Assembly (NCBI GenBank): GCA_965248925.1
Contig: CBDFLE010000006.1
Location: 2,400,001 to 2,464,000, forward strand
DNA: 64,000 bases
Direction of reading: 5' to 3'
Origin: Candidatus Multivoradales bacterium
GTDB taxonomy: Bacteria; Acidobacteriota; Thermoanaerobaculia; Multivoradales; J023
This document shows positions 61,538-64,000 of the stretch, piece after piece (the first letter of the stretch is position 1; every line of letters starts with the position of its first letter). The notes under the pieces are model-generated. The model saw only the letters and a list, made by a program, of their open reading frames with translations. It was not told the DNA's origin and did no database searches. Position numbers and translations under genes: made by a program.

Positions 61538-61765
61538 CCAATTCTCCTTTCAAGGAGGCTGGAATACCCCAATTGTGAGGAGCGCGCTACCGTCGAACTC
61601 CGCCGTGGCCAGGATTCCGATCCAATCTGACCACCCATTCCGATCGACCCGGAAAAGTGGTCACTTTCGATCGGAATCGATGGTCAGATTCCGTTGGAAT
61701 CACTGGTCACTTTCAATCGGAATCGGTGGTCGGTTTCCGTCGGTGCAGGCAGTAGAGTAGGCCGC

Positions 61766-62191
61766 ATGAAGGCCGAACAGGAAACCCAGCGGGTTCTTGC
61801 TGCACTCCGCGGGAGAATCAAGGGCTCGCCCTACAGCCAACGCCAGATAGAAATCAGCGTCGGATTCTCGCGCGGTTACCTGTCCCAGCTTCTGGCGGCC
61901 AGCGTGGAACTCAAGTTCCGGCATCTGATCGCCATCCTCAATGGTTTGGGTGAGGCCCCCAAGAACTTCTTTGCCGAACTCTATCCGCCAGGACGACTGG
62001 CTAGTTTGGAGCAGTTCAAAGCGAACTCCAAGCCCCTACCCGAGTCCATGGACCGCCTGCTGGGTAGCCTCTATGAACTCGGCCTCGACTCATTGGCCGA
62101 CTTGCGCCAGCGGGTAGAGTCCTGCGAGAGCAACATTGAGCGGCTAAAAAAGCGGCGGATCGCTGGCGACCGCGACTCCGGGGGCGGCTGA
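61766..62191 (+). CDS. XRE-family HTH regulator, directly upstream of the TPR gene
   Basis: SQRQIEISVGFSRGYLSQLLAASVELKFRHLIAILNGLG. Confidence 0.8.
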   Translation: MKAEQETQRVLAALRGRIKGSPYSQRQIEISVGFSRGYLSQLLAASVELKFRHLIAILNGLGEAPKNFFAELYPPGRLASLEQFKANSKPLPESMDRLLGSLYELGLDSLADLRQRVESCESNIERLKKRRIAGDRDSGGG

Positions 62192-62193
62192 AA

Positions 62194-63204
62194 GTGGAGC
62201 CACTCAACGTCGATGGGTGCCGGCGGCTACTCGGCGAGGTCGAGGAGGTACGCCAGCATAGCCCCGGTCTGAGCTTGCAGATGGCGACGGAAGTGCGCCA
62301 ACTGGCGGCCGGACTGGATCGGTCCGAGGCCGGAGAGAGCAGTTGGTTGGAACTCCAGGCTGAAGTGTGGATCGTGCTGGCCGGGATCTACCGCTCGCTC
62401 GACGACCTCGGGCAAACCGAAGCGGCCCTCAACGTGGCGCTTGCCTTCCTCGATCAACGGCAGCAGCCGGCCAGCTGCTCGCCAATCCACGCTCGCCTGG
62501 CCTGTCGCGCCGCCTACCTGCGGTGCGACCAGGGCAGAACGGCCGAAGCCCTGGCTTTGATCGATGAAGCGATCGGCATCTACCGGCGACTGGGTTTGCT
62601 GGTGTCCGCGGCTCGGGTCGACCGGGCGGTCATCTTGACTCGGGCGGGGCGACCCACGGCAGCGATCGACGCCTTATGTAGCGCCCTCGACACCCCTGGA
62701 ATCGGCTCCCAACCCCTCATTTTTCTGGCCGCCATCCACAATATGTCCTGGCTGTTGCAGCAGCTGGCCAGCACCACCGCCGAGACCCGCGAGGCACTCG
62801 GTTGGCTGCGCTTGGCGGTGAGATTGCACACCTTAGTGCCTGAGAAGCTCAACCTGTTCAAGCTGCATGGATTGCTCGGCATCACCGCCTTCAAGCTCGG
62901 AGCGGTCGACGAGGCCACCGAGCACCTATGGTTGGCCCACGGCGGTTTCCGCCGTCTGGGAGCCACCCGCGAACAGGCAGGGGCGTTGCTCGAGATCGCC
63001 GCCATTGAACTGTCGCGGGGTGCGGCTCAAGCGGTCAAACGGCTGGCTGGGCACCTGTTCTCGATCCTCCGTCACCCAGCTCTTCCCCGCGACTGCGCTG
63101 CCGGCCTACTGCTCTTTGCCCGCGCCGCCCAAGCAGAGCGCGCCACTCCCGAACTGGTCCGTGGAGTCCAAGCGCGACTCGATCGCTGGGACGATCCGGG
63201 CTGA
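62194..63204 (+). CDS. TPR-repeat protein (paralog 4)
   Basis: AEVWIVLAGIYRS, AYLRCDQGRTAEA and LAGHLFSIL..PRDCAAGLLLF; same family as 3306. Confidence 0.8.
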   Translation: MEPLNVDGCRRLLGEVEEVRQHSPGLSLQMATEVRQLAAGLDRSEAGESSWLELQAEVWIVLAGIYRSLDDLGQTEAALNVALAFLDQRQQPASCSPIHARLACRAAYLRCDQGRTAEALALIDEAIGIYRRLGLLVSAARVDRAVILTRAGRPTAAIDALCSALDTPGIGSQPLIFLAAIHNMSWLLQQLASTTAETREALGWLRLAVRLHTLVPEKLNLFKLHGLLGITAFKLGAVDEATEHLWLAHGGFRRLGATREQAGALLEIAAIELSRGAAQAVKRLAGHLFSILRHPALPRDCAAGLLLFARAAQAERATPELVRGVQARLDRWDDPG

Positions 63205-63220
63205 GGACGACTCCGGGTAG

Positions 63221-63268
63221 GGAGTGAAGAGTTCGGGCCACGGACCGCCGTGGCCCGAACTCCACTCC
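63221..63268. terminator. Long hairpin between the converging TPR and micropeptide genes
   Basis: Perfect inverted arms GAGTTCGGGCCACGG / CCGTGGCCCGAACTC, extended by GGAGTG / CACTCC. Confidence 0.7.
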
Positions 63269-63274
63269 GAGGGC

Positions 63275-63310
63275 TCAACCGCCTGGTTCGATCATGAACG
63301 GATGTTTCAT
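63275..63310 (-). CDS. Putative 11-aa micropeptide MKHPFMIEPGG
   Basis: GAGGAG RBS (63317-63322) 6 nt before ATG; TGA is followed within 6 nt by the long hairpin; AT-rich region upstream. Confidence 0.55.
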   Translation of the reverse strand: MKHPFMIEPGG

Positions 63311-63614
63311 CGACTGCTCCTCGTGGTTGGTTGATAGATCTCTGGAAACCCGCTGCGAGTTGCCAAAACCTAGTCACCCAGAGCCAAATTTGCGACGGAA
63401 GAACCTATTAAATAAGAAATATTTGGTTTATTCAGAGATTATCTTGAAATACTTAATTCTCTCGCCTATGATCCGAGCAGGCCAACCAAGCAATATTGAG
63501 ACGCACTATTTGGCCAGCGTCTTGGAGCGGACAACGTCTTGGATCGAGTGGGATGGTGAAGCGTGCGGGGGTTGCAGTTCAACCGCCGGCTTCAGCCCCC
63601 GAAGGAGGGATGAG

Positions 63615-64000
63615 ATGCCGGAATCCGGCCGCCTGTGGGTCGATCGGAACTTTGTATCGAGGCTGCTGCTCGGAGCTCTTAGCGAGCACGAACAGCGCCT
63701 CCTGGTAACCCGCCTACTGCCCCACGACGCTCAGCTTCGGCAACAGATCCTGTCGCTCGTCGGCCCCTTTCAGAGTTTCGATGGCGACCTGATGGAGCGC
63801 TTCTCCACCAGCCTGACAGAGGATTTGGACTCCACCGAAGTGCGCCGCGAACTGATTGACCTAGGCCGCGCCCGAGCGCCGGACTTGGAAAGGTTGCTAC
63901 GCGACTTCTCCTTTGGCGACCTGTTCCGACTCGGCCCGGCCACCCAGCGCATCTTCTCCTGGACGACGGCCGAGCTTCTGCTGAGCCGCAGCTGCGAGCA
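63615..64000 (+). CDS. Probable TPR-family paralog 5 (N-terminus only; runs off the window)
   Basis: AAGGAGG RBS. RLLLGALSEHEQRLLVTRLL and FSWTTAELLLSRSCE resemble RLACLGRLEPKPARRLIGHL and ALFHLLLQQCRSE of the 34459 protein. Confidence 0.55.
   Translation, partial: MPESGRLWVDRNFVSRLLLGALSEHEQRLLVTRLLPHDAQLRQQILSLVGPFQSFDGDLMERFSTSLTEDLDSTEVRRELIDLGRARAPDLERLLRDFSFGDLFRLGPATQRIFSWTTAELLLSRSCE

Larger units (their letters stand above)
58851..61751 (-). mobile_element. Complete IS21-family element (2901 bp)
   Basis: TIRs TGCCTATTCCGACGAAACTGACC / TGCCTGCACCGACGGAAACCGACC; subterminal GACCA..ATTCCGAT repeats; 7-bp TSD GTAGAGT (58844-58850, 61752-61758). Confidence 0.95.

Noticed and set aside
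61600-61751. Iteron- or CRISPR-like short repeats
   Set aside because: These are the normal multiple subterminal repeats of IS21 ends and are mirrored at 58851-58900.

Overview
GC-rich bacterial window. The gene families suggest Acidobacteriota, probably Thermoanaerobaculia-like; this is an inference. The left end carries ordinary genes: an M14 peptidase, a phosphotransferase, hrpB and an alpha-2-macroglobulin. The rest is accessory or decaying DNA. (1) Five paralogous TPR genes of one family, four of them beside or fused to an XRE/AraC HTH. Two sit next to unannotated micro-ORFs with strong RBSs, MIRVNLQLCQPNTHHSYHPNFDPLG and MKHPFMIEPGG, which share an H-P-x(2-3)-[DE]-P-x-G C-terminus; a third, probably decayed, copy is also visible. 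This is a candidate undescribed peptide-TPR signalling system. (2) Two Sec-signal-peptide RHS/YD proteins with SpvB-like N-termini. One is destroyed by a frameshift and a group II intron. The other is intact and followed by six orphan C-terminal toxin/immunity cassettes plus relics. (3) A whole alternative complex III + caa3 oxidase operon with a perfect Rex-type operator, inactivated by nonsense mutations and internal deletions. (4) Mobile DNA: an ISL3-type MITE, an IS3 relic, a large DDE IS with internal palindromes and a complete IS21. Boundaries and target duplications were read by eye. No database searches were run.
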